Assembly: GCF_001194135.2 (NCBI RefSeq)
Contig: NC_068990.1
Span: 45,408,417-45,472,416, forward strand
Direction of reading: 5' to 3'
Source of the DNA: Octopus bimaculoides
Taxonomy: Eukaryota
Length of the DNA stretch: 64,000 bases
Shown piece by piece: positions 25,225 through 38,509 of this stretch; the first letter of the stretch is position 1; every line of letters starts with the position of its first letter. The translations under genes were made by a program, and so were the position numbers. The notes under the pieces are model-generated. The model saw only the letters and a program-made list of their open reading frames with translations, was not told the origin of the DNA and did no database searches.

Positions 25225-25680
25225 ATAATGTTTCTCAGACCGGTAAATTAGCTGCAAAAATTTATTAACTGCAGAATTATTTCCGGACTTCTGTCTGTGT
25301 TTGGACTGTCTCTGCACAGGGACTACCCAGACTCTGCTTTTGCCATGAACAGGAATTAAACTTCTCTCTTTGTTCCTTTGCGCCATATGGGCTCAAGTCT
25401 CTACCTCTCTTCATCTGACACTATTCCCACACACCTCCTACATTCAACTGCCCCCCTCAACCTACACACCTGCATACTGCCTACCTCAGTACCCTCACCA
25501 CACACACCACTATACAAACACTCATACACACTGTTCAGCTCATTACTCACTTCACACACCATTACACATATACCTACAAACACCTTCCCACTCCACACAC
25601 ACTAGCACCAAACATTTCTCAGCACCCACACCACACACAATCTTCAATAGTGTCTCTGCACATACCACTATACGTGCAAT
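25225..25680 (+). mobile_element. Penelope-like element 3' relic (GIY-YIG C-terminal tail plus C/A-rich 3' region)
   Basis: Peptide HEQELNFSLCSFAPYGLKS resembles the EQxLIFxLGTxxPxGLN tail of Neptune-type endonucleases. Confidence 0.55.
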
Positions 25681-25803
25681 TCTGATTGGTTAATGAAATT
25701 TTAAATTATTTTGTTTACTCTATAGCGTTTCATAGAAAGTATATTCCTTGAAACGCTATGGAGTAAACAAAATAATTTAAAATTTCACTGACCAATCGGA
25801 ATT
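25678..25803. repeat. 55-bp-stem hairpin with 16-nt loop
   Basis: Arms 25678-25732 / 25749-25803, 51/55 matches, all four differences are transitions. Confidence 0.93.
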
Positions 25804-26653
25804 AATTGACCAACATGTATCTCTATTAATTGCTTCTCAAGGGTGATGGGTAAAAAGTGTAAATGCATATATATACATGTATGTGTGAGTGTGTATATGT
25901 ATTGTGTTCGTGCATGTACATGTATCTGTATATATGCATGTATACATAATGCGCAGATATGTGTATACATGTGGATGTATGTATGTGTGAGTATATGCGT
26001 GTGTCTGTGTATATATATATGGATGTATGGATACATGTATGTATGTGTGTATATGTATGCATGTGTACTTGCATATATACAAATTTTCTTAACTTTATTT
26101 ATACCTTATAAACAAACATTCCATTCTTTTATCAACTATAAACTTACCTTATTTATATTTAAATTTCCTCTGTCATCTCTATTTAATTTATTCATTTATT
26201 GTTCTAATTCTATTTACCTACTCCATCTTATCTCCAATCAGCCTGAAAACCCCTCGCCCGAACATATAACAATACAAATCATAAACAGTATCATCCAGTC
26301 TGCTATAATGAATCCATAAACACATAGAACATCCAAGGGTATATTTTTTCCCTCTGAAGATATGCTCAGATCATATAAATTTAATATTTACTTAATATTT
26401 ACTGAGTATTAATTGAAACAGCTGTAAGGGATGATGATTAATTTGCTGTTAATTAGAAACAATTATTAACTTCCTAATCTCCATGTTCTATTTTTTTTCT
26501 TTATATGAATATAAACTATATGTTTATATATCTATGTATATATACCTATTATTTTAAGGAAATTAATTTCTCCAAAATACCAGGAATTGAACCAGTATTT
26601 CCTTGGATGAAACCATCCCTTCATGAGGTTAACATAACCACTAATCAAATTTA

Positions 26654-26685
<32 letters not shown>

Positions 26686-27949
26686 GACACATGCAGTATG
26701 TATATGTATCTATCTCTTTTTATCATCATTTAATGTTCACTTTTTCATGTTCGTAAGAGTCAGATGGAATTTGTCGAAGTTGATTTTTTTCTACAGCTGA
26801 ATCCTCTTCCTTTGCTAACCCTCACCTGTTTCTAAGCAAGGTAATATTTCCCCATTGTGAGATGTGTTTCTCACAGAAGACTGGAAACAACAACCCTGCT
26901 TGTCTGATGATGTCTAGACAAGGACACAAATACATACACACCTATATACATATATGCACATACATATTTTCATACATACACACTTTATGAATAGCGTGCA
27001 TGTATACACACATGTACATTATACTAATATATATACTATACTTACTGTCAATCTCTGTCACCCACTATCAAGCACATGCACCCACTTAAATTCATCCTGT
27101 GGCCATTCTGTCTCCTGGCTGATCTCTTCATTTCCAAAGATACTTTGCACTGACTTTGATTTTGTCTTCTATGATATCAAGACAGAAAAGAATATTGTGG
27201 GAACCGTGAGGTTTTCACTTATGGCCTCTTAAAGATTATTTATTATTATGGTTGGGTTCCAGACCAGGCCACAGCAACAAAGGCCACACTTCTTGGTCCA
27301 TCATCACTGCCTCTAGGTCTTGGATACAGTCCAGCCAGTGTCCGCAATCATATTGTTGATGTAAGTGTGAGTATGTTTTCCTCTTCTTAAATTACCATGA
27401 AGTGGGTTCTACGAGACTAATTTGGGTGTTCCCAGGTTAAGTTGGCACATGTAGTAACCAGATAGTCACAGCCATCATTGCCTGAGATACTGATTGATTT
27501 TGATTGGTTGCTCAAAAAGATAATGAAACAGATAATCCACAGACATGTTGAATGTCTGACCACCTGTGTGTTGATAAGTATCTAATACTATATCTACTTA
27601 GCTATTTCACATCTACCAGCTACTCAGTTAACCTCAAAGTATTTTTGAAGAAGATAATCTGTGCTTGATTGTCATTCTGTCATTAAGTTCATCTATTTAC
27701 AGACAAGTTTAGTCAATTTTAACATTTTCATTGTCGTGATAATTTAAAATCTATGATCATGTAATTATCAAGAAATTGGATAGTAAAATTTTTTTATTGT
27801 GATATCTCAAAGAAAATTTGTTAATTATCTTTACTCTTGTGTTGCTACTGATACTGCTAATATGGTAAATTGGCAGAATGTTGCATAAAATGCCTTGTGA
27901 TATTCATTCCAATTCACTGCAGTCTGAGTTCAAATTCAATCAAGGATCA

Positions 27950-29400
27950 ACTGTGACCTAGTTCCAGTAGGATGCCCTTCAAAGTCTTCATTCTCTGTAG
28001 CATTGGCTCTAAAACCAAATTATATAAGAAAGAAGAGAGAGGTAATGCTTGGTAGACCACAAATTTGATACTAAATGATTCCAAGATGTGGTTGTTTAGT
28101 TGATCATCAAACAGATGCTGCTGTACATTGTAATGATCCATTCTCAAAAGACAAGACTGAAATTGACTGCTCTTAGGATGGCCAACAGTTAGCACTTGTC
28201 AACTCTATTGAAAGCTTTGGATTGATCCAAATTGACCAGCACTCTGCCAGAAATAAATCTATTCCTGACTCACTTTATAATGTATCACATAAGGTAGAGA
28301 TTATCACGAATAGATCTGTTGGGAACTACACAAGTTTGTGCATCTCTGACTACACTGCTAATGACAAAAGCCAGCATCTTGGCAAGCATCTTTGCTAAAA
28401 TGTGTCGTGTTATAGGTCTATCATGTCTTTCTTGTTCAGGTCATTCCTTAGCAGCATCACTACTCCCTAGCTCACTTGACCAAGAATGCTTCCAATCTAC
28501 TGCCAGCTATAGTAGATGGCTACTGAGACAAGGAGAAAGCAAATCTGACATGAGAAAAATAGAGCTTGGAGGGCAGACCTTCCAATCCTGGCAATTTACT
28601 ACCTCACACAACAGCTCAGTACATCTGCTATTTTTTTGTTGTAATCAGCTTCTTGCAGCACTCTGTCTCTTTCTGTGTGAGAGTCACAGCAAGTTATTGA
28701 AGTAGCTATCAGAATCTGCTGACTCCAGTCTGCCACTCATTTAAAACAGTTCAGCAAAGTGCTGTTGGGAAACTGCAGCCTTATGTTTGGAACCAGAGAA
28801 TGCACATCTGTTGAAAGATAACTTTGTTGCTATGCTGTGCATCTGCTACCTGGACTCATAGCATAGCTTTCATGCCTTCATATTCCAGTGTATGCAATTT
28901 AAAATGAACTACACATCCTTTGTTTTCACATTGAAGAAATAGTTGGAGGCCATTTTTGTTGCTAGCATATGCAATATCACTTCTCCAAATCTCTTCTAAA
29001 CAGCTATCCTGCTATTGTCTATAGCTATTGCTTTGCCAAACCTAACCTATGCTACTTTAATTTATCTCTTTAGCATTACCAATCTGTTGAAGATGGTGTC
29101 TGTCACTTCCTGCTTAATTAGTTTGCTAATCTTATCACTGAAATATTTCCTATTGGAAAGGATACACTCAGCTTCTGGTAACAAGTTCCCTGTCTATTGG
29201 CCTGTTCTAAGTTGACAGTACAGGTCATGAATTTATGTAGTCAACAATCTGAAACTGTGGTTAACTCACACTAATCTCATCTGCTAACCTGATGAAAATT
29301 CTATCTAAATATAAACCTGTAGGAACAACTCAGTCAAACGAAAATTGAAATTCTCAAGTGGAGAAACAGCTGATGGTGACATGTTCTTCACAAAATTATG
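27950..29400 (-). mobile_element. Old Tx1/L1-type LINE ORF2 relic (RT region)
   Basis: NNHILESFSIKFVVYQALPLSSFLYNLVLEPML (decayed RQGCPLSPLLY motif) and KLPGLEGLP (decayed KSPGxDGLP). The left boundary is better supported than the right. Confidence 0.65.
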
Positions 29401-29755
29401 AATAACAGAATTTTCAAAACACTCAAGTATAATATGAGTTTTCTAAAACCTTGAGTTACATTTTTATGAATCTGTGGCACATCCAAAAAAATCCATTGCA
29501 CTGTAGTGCATAACTGGCAACCCACTGGATTAAGTTAACATTTGCAAGATGTAGAACTTAACTGAATAATGCAAGAAAATTTTCCATTATTTGAGGATTA
29601 GTTAATTAAATTGATCCCTGTACTTGACTGGCACTTTATTTTAAAAACCTAAAAGTTGGCTTGCAGAATTTCATTGCAGAACATAATGAGCTGGAATAAA
29701 CACCATAAGGCAGTATTCCACACTCTAATAAGTTTGTCAATCCATTGCCTTTGTT

Positions 29756-29764
29756 GTAGTAGTG

Positions 29765-29842
<78 letters not shown>

Positions 29843-29862
29843 ACAGCAGCAGCAGCAGCAGT
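29756..29862. repeat. (TAG)n followed by (CAG)n microsatellite
   Basis: Directly visible. Confidence 0.97.
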
Positions 29863-29959
29863 AGTTATGAGGGAAAAAAATTGGGTTGTGTGAATTTTCC
29901 AAAATTCCTCTCTGCACATCCTTGGAAAAATTCTTTCCCATAAATCCCTATATACTCTT

Positions 29960-30210
29960 AATCTACAGCATCTAAGCGGAGTTTGTTGAAAATTTCGTCA
30001 AAAGGTATCCATTTTCCTGGAAGTTATGAGGCAACAAAATTGGAATGGAGGTACACATCTCTAGTTATGCTTGAAAGCCTTTTGTCACTTCCATCAAATC
30101 AGAATCGTTTGAATTTTCTGAAACTATTCTCAACTCGCAGAAAATGTTTTTCACAACAAATTCCGATATATTCGGAATCTATCAACTTTCTTGTCCAGTA
30201 AAATAAGTAA
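29960..30210. repeat. MITE-like repeat; related copy at ~32850-33102
   Basis: Shared cttccatcaaa.cag.atcgtttgaa...ttttcacaacaaattcc...gtccagtaaaataagtaa. Confidence 0.75.
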
Positions 30211-30247
30211 AACTTATAGTAATATAAAGTAATAGATCTTATTACAG

Positions 30248-30289
<42 letters not shown>

Positions 30290-30435
30290 TATTATGTTTG
30301 CTTGTAGGTTGACAACTGAAAACATTAAATAAAATTGATAATATTTCAGGTTTTTCATGTCATTTCAATTAATTTGACCATTCTGCAGATAACTGTGCAT
30401 TTATTTTCTGCAAATGGAATGGGGGTGGGCTAGTC

Positions 30436-32745
30436 CAGTGATTCCAAACGAGGTCCCTGGGGCCCATCGGTGGTCCCCAGCGAATTCGTAGCCATAAAAA
30501 AATTGAAGCCATTTCAGATCTATGCAATATTGTTCGATAATAAAGACACTGTTAGTTAATAATTTATATGAAGACAGAATAATAATAAGAAAACAAAATT
30601 CAATAATTATTCCATAAGAATCAATAATGTATAATATATAATCAATAATATATTACAGTCAAGAATTAAAATTTTACAATCACAACAGTTTCATAATAAA
30701 TTTGATATTTTTAATAGAATCATTACAATTTTTTTAAGATCAGTTGTAATAATGTCTGAACCAACTGCTAAAAAGGTAAAACTGAGGAACTACAAAGATT
30801 TTATCATGTTTGGTTTTGTATCTGTAAACTCAAAACCTATGTGCCTTGAATGTGATGCCATCATGACAAATCTTGTCCATGAAGAAAGTTAGGCTGGAAC
30901 AGCACCAGAAATTAAGGCATCCATCATCTGTTGGTAAAGGTAGTGAATATTTTGAGAATAAAAAAAAATACAGCCAATCAAACTTCCCAACTTTGTAAAG
31001 AAGATAAATACTGAAAAAGCAAAGACACTCAAACCAAGTTATTTGGCCTCTGAAATTATTGCTAAGGTTGCAGCACCTCAGATTTATGGTGAGAAACTTG
31101 TCAAGCCTACTATGATAGCTTGTGCAAGTGAGGTTCTGGGAAAAGATGCTGCATCTACTCTAAACAACACAATTACAAGAAGACAGAATGAAATGTCTAA
31201 TTTTGTCGAGAAGATTGTGGAAATTCTCCAAGACAAATTTTTCTATCCAGGTTGATGATAACACAACTCATAACCAAGCTATCCTTCTGGTCTATGTCAG
31301 ATTCGTCCATGAAGATGATATAAGGGAAGAATTGTTATTCATTAAAAGTTTATCAGAAACTACTAATGGAGAAGATATATTCAGTGAAGTAATGCAGTAT
31401 TTTAATGGTAAAGATATTCCATTGACTAATTTGATCAACATTGCATGAGATGGAGTTGCGGCCATGACTGGAAAAGTGAAAGGCTTTGTTTCTAGAATGA
31501 AATCAGTTGCTCATCTCATTTTTTTAATATACATTGCATTATCCACAGACAGCATTTGGTTGCTAAGAATATTGGAGGACACATGGAAGAAGCACTCAAC
31601 ACTGCCATACATGCAATTAACTTTATCAAATCAAACTCAGTGAATAATAGATTTTTTAATGCAATTCTGTGAAGATGAAGATTTAAAAACCCTATTGCTT
31701 CACACAGAAGTAAGGTGGTTGTCAAAAGGCCTGAGCTTTGAAAGACTAGTGAATTTGTGGGAACCCATTAATCAACTTTCTCATGTTCAAGAGTCAGATG
31801 ACTCATTACAACCCCAAGAAGGAAGCTGATACAGCTAAGAAAATTTTGGAAAGACTTTCTGAGTTTAATTCAAAAATATTCTACTTGAGTGATATTTTTA
31901 AAACAGTGAATCTGCTTAACTTAGAGCTGCAAGGTAGAAAATCAGATTTGGTCACCTGTTCTCAGAAGATAAAAGGGTATATGGGGAAATTAAAATTTTG
32001 GAAAAAACAGTTTGAAAAAAAAAAAATTGGCATCATTTCAAAATTTTAACACTACTGTTCCTACATCAGAATGCATTGCTGCATGCATTGCCCATCTTGA
32101 AGGTCTTCATGTAGACTTTCAGAGAAGATACAATGATTTATTAAAGATGGATTATCCACTCTGGTTTGTAGACCTAGAAAATTATGAGCCAGGAGACGAA
32201 AATTCTGAGTTGGCTGAAATGTTGGATTTGAAAGAGAATATGAAACTGAGAAGAAGAGTTGAAAAAGAAGGTGTCGTTGCCTTCATATCGATGAAGGAAT
32301 CACACCCAAATATTTTTCGACATGTAGAAGCAAGCATCATTTCTTTCCCTACCACATGGATGGTGGAATCTGCATTCTCAGCTGTTGTAGATATTTTAAG
32401 TAGAGAAAGAAATAGATTAGATGTCAACAGCAGAGGAACTATCAGACTAAGACTAAATGAGTTCATTAAAATTGATTATGATATCTTGTGTCAGAAACAC
32501 CAATATCAAGTTAGTCACTAGTTGAATGGACTAAAAGTGAACGATTTTATGAAAAAATGATTTTGATATCTTGTGTTTATCTTTGTTTACTAAAATAAAT
32601 TTTAAAGTATAAATAAACTATTTTGTCTTTTCATGAAGTATTTTAGTGTGAAAATAGAACAGCATAAAGTAAAAGTAGAAGTGGTCCCTAGAAATTTTTT
32701 CAAGTAAAAAATGGTCCCTGGGCTGAAAAAGGTAGGGAACCATTG
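30436..32745 (+). mobile_element. Near full-length hAT transposon, Buster/Charlie family, with disrupted transposase (~30752-32521)
   Basis: TIRs cagtgattccaaac / (reverse complement) caatggttccctac; TSD ggctagtc / agctagtt. Peptides KPMCLEC (BED finger), FSIQVDD, DGVAAMTG, HCIIHRQHL, LLLHTEVRWLSKG, FPTTWMVESAFS; several stops and frameshifts. Confidence 0.93.
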
Positions 32746-33120
32746 AGCTAGTTGGTGGTGTGTTAGCTCCTATTTCTAGCAATTAGCATACTGTGCATTT
32801 GACTGTAGGCTTTTTATACATGCTGCATACCTACACAGGAGTGCCCTACCGAATTTGTTCCTTCATAACTTTAGGGAAAATGGGTATTTTTGAGTAAAAT
32901 TTTCTACAAATATGCTTCTAATGGTGTAGATTGCAACTATATCAGAATTTGTTGTGAAAACGTTTTGTCGCTTCCATCAAAGCAGGATCGTTTGAACTCT
33001 CTGAAACTGCTCTCTCTTGACTTGTGGAAAATGTTTTTCACAACAAATTCCAATATAATTGGAATCTATCAACTTTCTTCTTCTGTCCAGTAAAATAAGT
33101 AATATTTATAATAATATGGC

Positions 33121-34160
33121 AGAGATAAAGATCATGGATTGTACCCGCTTTGGGATTTTTTTTTTTTTTTTTTTACAGGAACGCTCTCTATCGAAGGCGG
33201 AGATTCTGAATCTGCAAAAAAATCTGCATTTCAAAATTTAAATTTCCTCCCACCCCCAATTTCTTAAATTTTCCCTTTTTAAAAAAATTTTTGGGGGCAA
33301 AATACGTAGAGAAATATGGAGATTAATGATTCTGAAAAAAAAATTGTAAAATTTCAATTTTTCAAAAAAATAAATAAACATCCCCCTCCCATCTGCTCTA
33401 TGACAAAAAGTGAAATTAAAGTGTTTTNNNNNNNNNNNNNNNNNNNNNNNNNNNNNNNNNNNNNNNNNNNNNNNNNNNNNNNNNNNNNNNNNNNNNNNNN
33501 NNNNNNNNNNNNNNNNNNNNNNNNNNNNNNNNNNNNNNNNNNNNNNNNNNNNNNNNNNNNNNNNNNNNNNNNNNNNNNNNNNNNNNNNNNNNNNNNNNNN
33601 NNNNNNNNNNNNNNNNNNNNNNNNNNNNNNNNNNNNNNNNNNNNNNNNNNNNNNNNNNNNNNNNNNNNNNNNNNNNNNNNNNNNNNNNNNNNNNNNNNNN
33701 NNNNNNNNNNNNNNNNNNNNNNNNNNNNNNNNNNNNNNNNNNNNNNNNNNNNNNNNNNNNNNNNNNNNNNNNNNNNNNNNNNNNNNNNNNNNNNNNNNNN
33801 NNNNNNNNNNNNNNNNNNNNNNNNNNNNNNNNNNNNNNNNNNNNNNNNNNNNNNNNNNNNNNNNNNNNNNNNNNNNNNNNNNATTTATTTATTTTTTTTT
33901 AAATTGAAGTTTTACAAATTTTTTTTTTCACAATCATAATCTCCGTATTTTTCTATGTATTCCCCCCACCCCCCACAAAGTTTTTTTTAACAAGTGAAAG
34001 TTTAAGAAATGGGTGGGAGATGGGGCAATTAAAATTTTGAAATGCGTTTTTTTTCTTTTTGCAGATTCGGAATCTCTGCCATCGATATAGTGTGTTTCCG
34101 TAAAAAAAAAAAAAAAAAAAAAATCTCAAACGGGGTGCAGTCTATGATCTTTACCTCTCT
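33121..34160. mobile_element. Foldback element with ~280-300 bp imperfect inverted arms (centre in gap 33428-33882)
   Basis: agagataaagatcatggattgtacccgctttgggatt matches the reverse complement of aatctcaaacggggtgcagtctatgatctttacctct; similarity continues inward to the gap. Confidence 0.85.
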
Positions 34161-35328
34161 CTACCTATTAATATAAAGTAACAGAGCTTGAAATAGGAAA
34201 AAAATATTTTGCACAAATAACAAACATGGCACAATACACTATGACATTGACAAACAACTTTGGTGCTCGGGCACTATAAAAATCTTGTTGTCTTGAGGTA
34301 GCATGTCCAACGAAAAATAGCATGAACCAACAAAATGGATCCTGGTGTGAATTATAGAGAGCAGAAGCACTTGTATGTAAATTAAGGTACTGTAATTACA
34401 TGAAGTAATAAATCTCTTTACCTGTGAGCAAGCACACAGATCCAAATGAAGAAAGAATTCCTTGAAAATAGCCACTATACTCTAAATCCCTTCAAACTAC
34501 ATTAGACAGCCATGATGGAAGTGATAAAAACAAACTCTTCCTGGCAGAAATATCCTGATTCGATACAGGAAAACAGAAAGGAAAGTACAACCAGAAATAC
34601 AAATCAAATTATGTAGATTTGAAGATATGGAGGGGTTCAGAATATGTTCTGTTGAGATTGTTAGTGTGGATAGATGAGAATGCCAGTGAAGAACATTAAC
34701 AAATAACCAAAGAATGAAGAATATTGTTGTATGGCAGAGAAATGAAGAAAGAAAAACTGACGTTAACCTCAAGCTGTCTGGAACTACTGACTGCTTGTCT
34801 AAGAAAAGTGTTCTATTCTGTATTGTCCGGAGCGAATGACTGTGGTCTGTGACTGAAGGCAAAATGTTGGAGTGAAATCTAAATTACAGTTTCTCTTCTT
34901 AAGCTAGGCAGCCAAATGAACCAAACTGATCTACAGATATAAATATAAAACGAATTAAAGAAATATAATAATGCTATTAAAGTGCAGCTTACATTTTGTT
35001 ATCTCCCCCAAAAGGAAGAAAGGCTAAGTCAACCATGACAGAATTTGAACTCAGAACACAAAGAGCTAGATGAAATGCTACTAAGCATTTTGTCTAATGC
35101 ACTAATGATTATTCTTGCCAGCTAACTGCCTTCCTATCTCAGTTCAATATAAGTTTCTGTTGTTTTTATTAAAGGAATGTCTTTACAGCGTCTCATACTC
35201 TAAACCTACATGTTCATCAAGTAATATATCCAGACAATACCTGCCACATCACAATTGTGTTATTACTTCTATGAGGGAGGTGAATTTCATTTCCTTGTCT
35301 TCCTCCTCATTATTATTATCATTATTAA

Positions 35329-35555
35329 GGCGGTGTGCTGGCAGAATTATTAGCATGCCGGGCAAAATGCTAAGCGGTATTTCATCTGTCTTTACATTTT
35401 GAGTTCAAATTCCACTGAGGTTGACTTTGCCTTTCATCTTTTTGGGGTCGAGGAAATAAGTACCAGTTATGTACTGGGGTTGATATAATCGACTAGCCCT
35501 CACCCTAAAATTTCAGGCCTTGTGCTTTTAGTAGAAAGGATTATTATTATTATTG
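35329..35555 (+). mobile_element. Full-length SINE family B copy
   Basis: tRNA-like head ggcggtgtgctggcagaat...gagttcaaattcc, core gcctttcatctttt.ggggtcga..aaataagtaccag, (ATT)n tail and (ATT)n upstream. Confidence 0.9.
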
Positions 35556-35639
35556 TTGTTCTGATGAGGTTGGACTTCCTCATCATGTTTTTTACTTTCT
35601 TTGTTTTCTGTTGTGGTTCATTTTCTTTTTTAAGTATTT

Positions 35640-36400
35640 TTTTAAACATTTTAGTGTTCTCTTAATAGTTTGGAAATTTTTTCCACCACCATCTCCTTCT
35701 TGTCGCAAAACTACATTTGGTTAGTGTTGTGGCAATTGGGTTTGCTGCTATTGCAGTGGACACATTTCTTTCACCACTGGGCATGGGTGATGTATAACAA
35801 CTAAGCCATTTGATCTGCATCATCAGTCTCACTGGTCTTTTTTCTGTGCTAATGACTGGGCACAGTTCTCTAATGGCCTTGTGGTTTTGCAGGGTGAAAA
35901 GGATTTGCAAGTCCATACTGACCACATGTCATTTCTCATTACTTTGGCTCTCACATTCTACTCATCTTGTGCCCAAAAGGTAACAATGTACCAGAGGTGC
36001 ATGCTATTGGTACTATCTTTAACTGCCACCTTTCTTTTCAGATGACCAGGTATTTAGCATAAATGTATAGGTGGGTGTGAATTTTACCACTTCAAAATGT
36101 CTCTTTGCATCATCCTCAGTCCTGAAAAGTGGGCAGATAGTACAGATATTTTAGTTTGTTTGATAGACTAAATACTATTCCATATATTAGCAAGAACTTG
36201 TGTCAGTTCATTTTTAGAGGGCACACAAAATGCCCTCCTGTTTTTGTAAGGCATAAGTACATTAGCTTTTTCCTTCCTGCTCTGCAGAAATTCTTGGGAC
36301 TAGGAACGTTTATTGTAATACAGTTCTGTCAAACTTCTTCTACCAACAAAACCCCACAGAAATACAGAGATTACTTGTTTGATGAGATATTTGCTAAAAT
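35640..36400 (-). mobile_element. Probable decayed LINE ORF1 (Tx1-like gag) relic
   Basis: PVISTEKRP...W..C..P resembles the linker and zinc knuckle of Tx1 ORF1. Heavily mutated. Confidence 0.35.
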
Positions 36401-37162
36401 ATGTGTGGAAAAATATCTGTTGTTATTGTTGTTGCTAGTATTACTGTTATTCTTGCATAAGCCTTCAAATAAACTTATATTTATTTCAAATGTTTGTATT
36501 TTCATTTATAATCGTTTCCTGTTTTTCTGTGTTGTCTGTACAAATGTTTTTGTTTGATGAAGTTTTGTATATTGTTGTTGTTGCTATTTAGTCATCATGT
36601 CAAAATACAATAGACATTAAAACAAAGTAGATCAAAAAGGTTCAAATTAAATCTTTTACTTTAAAGAGACAAGAAAAAAAAAAAAGAAATATGTTCTGTA
36701 ATAATTGTCACATAAAAATAGAAACATTTCCATGCTTAGAATATTCTTAATAATCCAAAACTTTCAGAGTAAAGAAACAATGTATGGCATGGCAAAAATA
36801 AGCAAAAATAATAATTTTCTCCTTTACATAGACACAATGCCAGCACTATTAAGGGGAGGAGGGCTAGTTGATGTCATCACCTTCAGTTCTTGACTTGAGC
36901 TTTATTTAATCAGTCCCAAATCTATCTACTTAATTCACTCACGAGGCATTAATCAACCCAGAGCTATGGTGGAAGACACTTGATCAAGGTGTCATGCAGT
37001 GGGACTGAACCTGAAACTCTATGATTGAAAACTGAGCTTCTTAACCACAGCTATGCCTGTACCTCATTTTATCAACTTTCAAAGGATGAAAAGTAAAGTT
37101 GCCTTTTGAACTCAAAATGTAGTAGATCATTGTAAAATTCCACATGGTATTTTATCTGACAT

Positions 37163-37356
37163 ACTCTTTTACTCTTTTACTTGTTTCAGTCATTTGACTG
37201 CGGCCATGCTGGAGCACCGCCTTTAGTCGAGAAAATCGACCCCGGGACTTATTCTTTGTAAGCCTAGTACTTATTCTATCAGTCCCTTTTGGTCGAACCG
37301 CTAAGTTACAGGGACGTAAACACACCAGCATCGGTTGTCAAGTGATGGTGGGGGGA

Positions 37357-37412
<56 letters not shown>

Positions 37413-37585
37413 CACATATATATACGACAGGCTTCTTTCAGTTTCCGTCTACCAAATCCACTCACAAGGCTTTGGTCGGCCCAAGGCTATAGTAGAAGAC
37501 ACTTGCCCAAGGTGCCACACTGTGGGACTGAACCCGGAACCATGTGGTTGGTAAGCAAGCTACTTACCACAGCCACTCCTGCGCC
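37163..37585 (-). mobile_element. Full-length young SINE family A
   Basis: High identity to the 20558 and 53752 copies; CpGs retained. Confidence 0.92.
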
Positions 37586-37804
37586 TATGTAAATAATTTT
37601 GATATTCTCCTTCATTAATTTGGTTTTTGTTGTGAATATATTGATGTATGAATGTGTGTGTGTGTGTGTGTGTGTGTTTGTGTGTGTGTGGTTATATGTG
37701 TATATATGTGTGTGCATGCATGTATATACCTGTGCATATGTGTGTGTGTGTGTGTTCATTGAAAAACAATTCTAAATGTTTTTCTTCAAAATTAGATTTG
37801 GAAT

Positions 37805-37865
37805 AGTTTCCTGAAGATGGAATGGAAATATTTCAAATATGATTTCAAAGAAAACATGTCAGAAT
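37805..37865 (+). ncRNA. Degenerate hammerhead ribozyme motif
   Basis: CTGAAGA - stem TGGAAT/ATTTCA - (aa)GAAA(a) - CATG - TC. Extra bases around GAAA and a weak stem I. Confidence 0.4.
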
Positions 37866-37941
37866 TTGCTTCCAGATAACTGCATACCTACCTTATCACT
37901 GAGTAAACACACATACTCATATGCGCGCGCGTGCGTGCACA

Positions 37942-37983
<42 letters not shown>

Positions 37984-38509
37984 CCATACACACACTAGCA
38001 CATACACACACTAGCACATACACACATGCACACACACATGCATGCGTGCACGCACACACACACACACACACACAGAGGCAGCGAATTAGCAGAAGCTTTA
38101 GAAGAACATCAGATGAAATGACTTGTTATATTTATTCCAACATCTTGCCTTCTGAGTTCAATTCCTACTGAGGTCAACTTTACCTTTCATACTTTCAGGG
38201 TCAATAGATAAGATACCAGTCAAGAGCAGTGGACTGGAATCATTAGAGCATTGGGTGGGGTGAGGGTAAGATATTCATTCTTCCCTTTGCATTCTGAGTT
38301 CATATCCCACTGTGGTCTATTAGGGTAGTAGACTTAGTCCATCATTTGTTTTAGCACCACTTCCTGGCAGTGGGGTGCCTTAAGTGGAGTTCATTATGCT
38401 GCATACATTTGATCTAGGTCTTCAGTTTAAAAATACTTCTTTCTGACCCTCTGGTTTCAAAGACTCTGTGCAGGGTTATGGGCACAGCCCTCTCTTCTGA
38501 CTAAACTGT

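Noticed and set aside
26557-26625. 69-bp plus-strand candidate exon (EINFSKIPGIEPVFPWMKPSLHE)
   Set aside because: Weak donor, equally plausible frames on the other strand, no recognised homology.
34239-34862. 121-aa and 78-aa minus-strand ORFs in unique sequence
   Set aside because: No known motifs and no consistent splice structure; could be UTR or decayed repeat.
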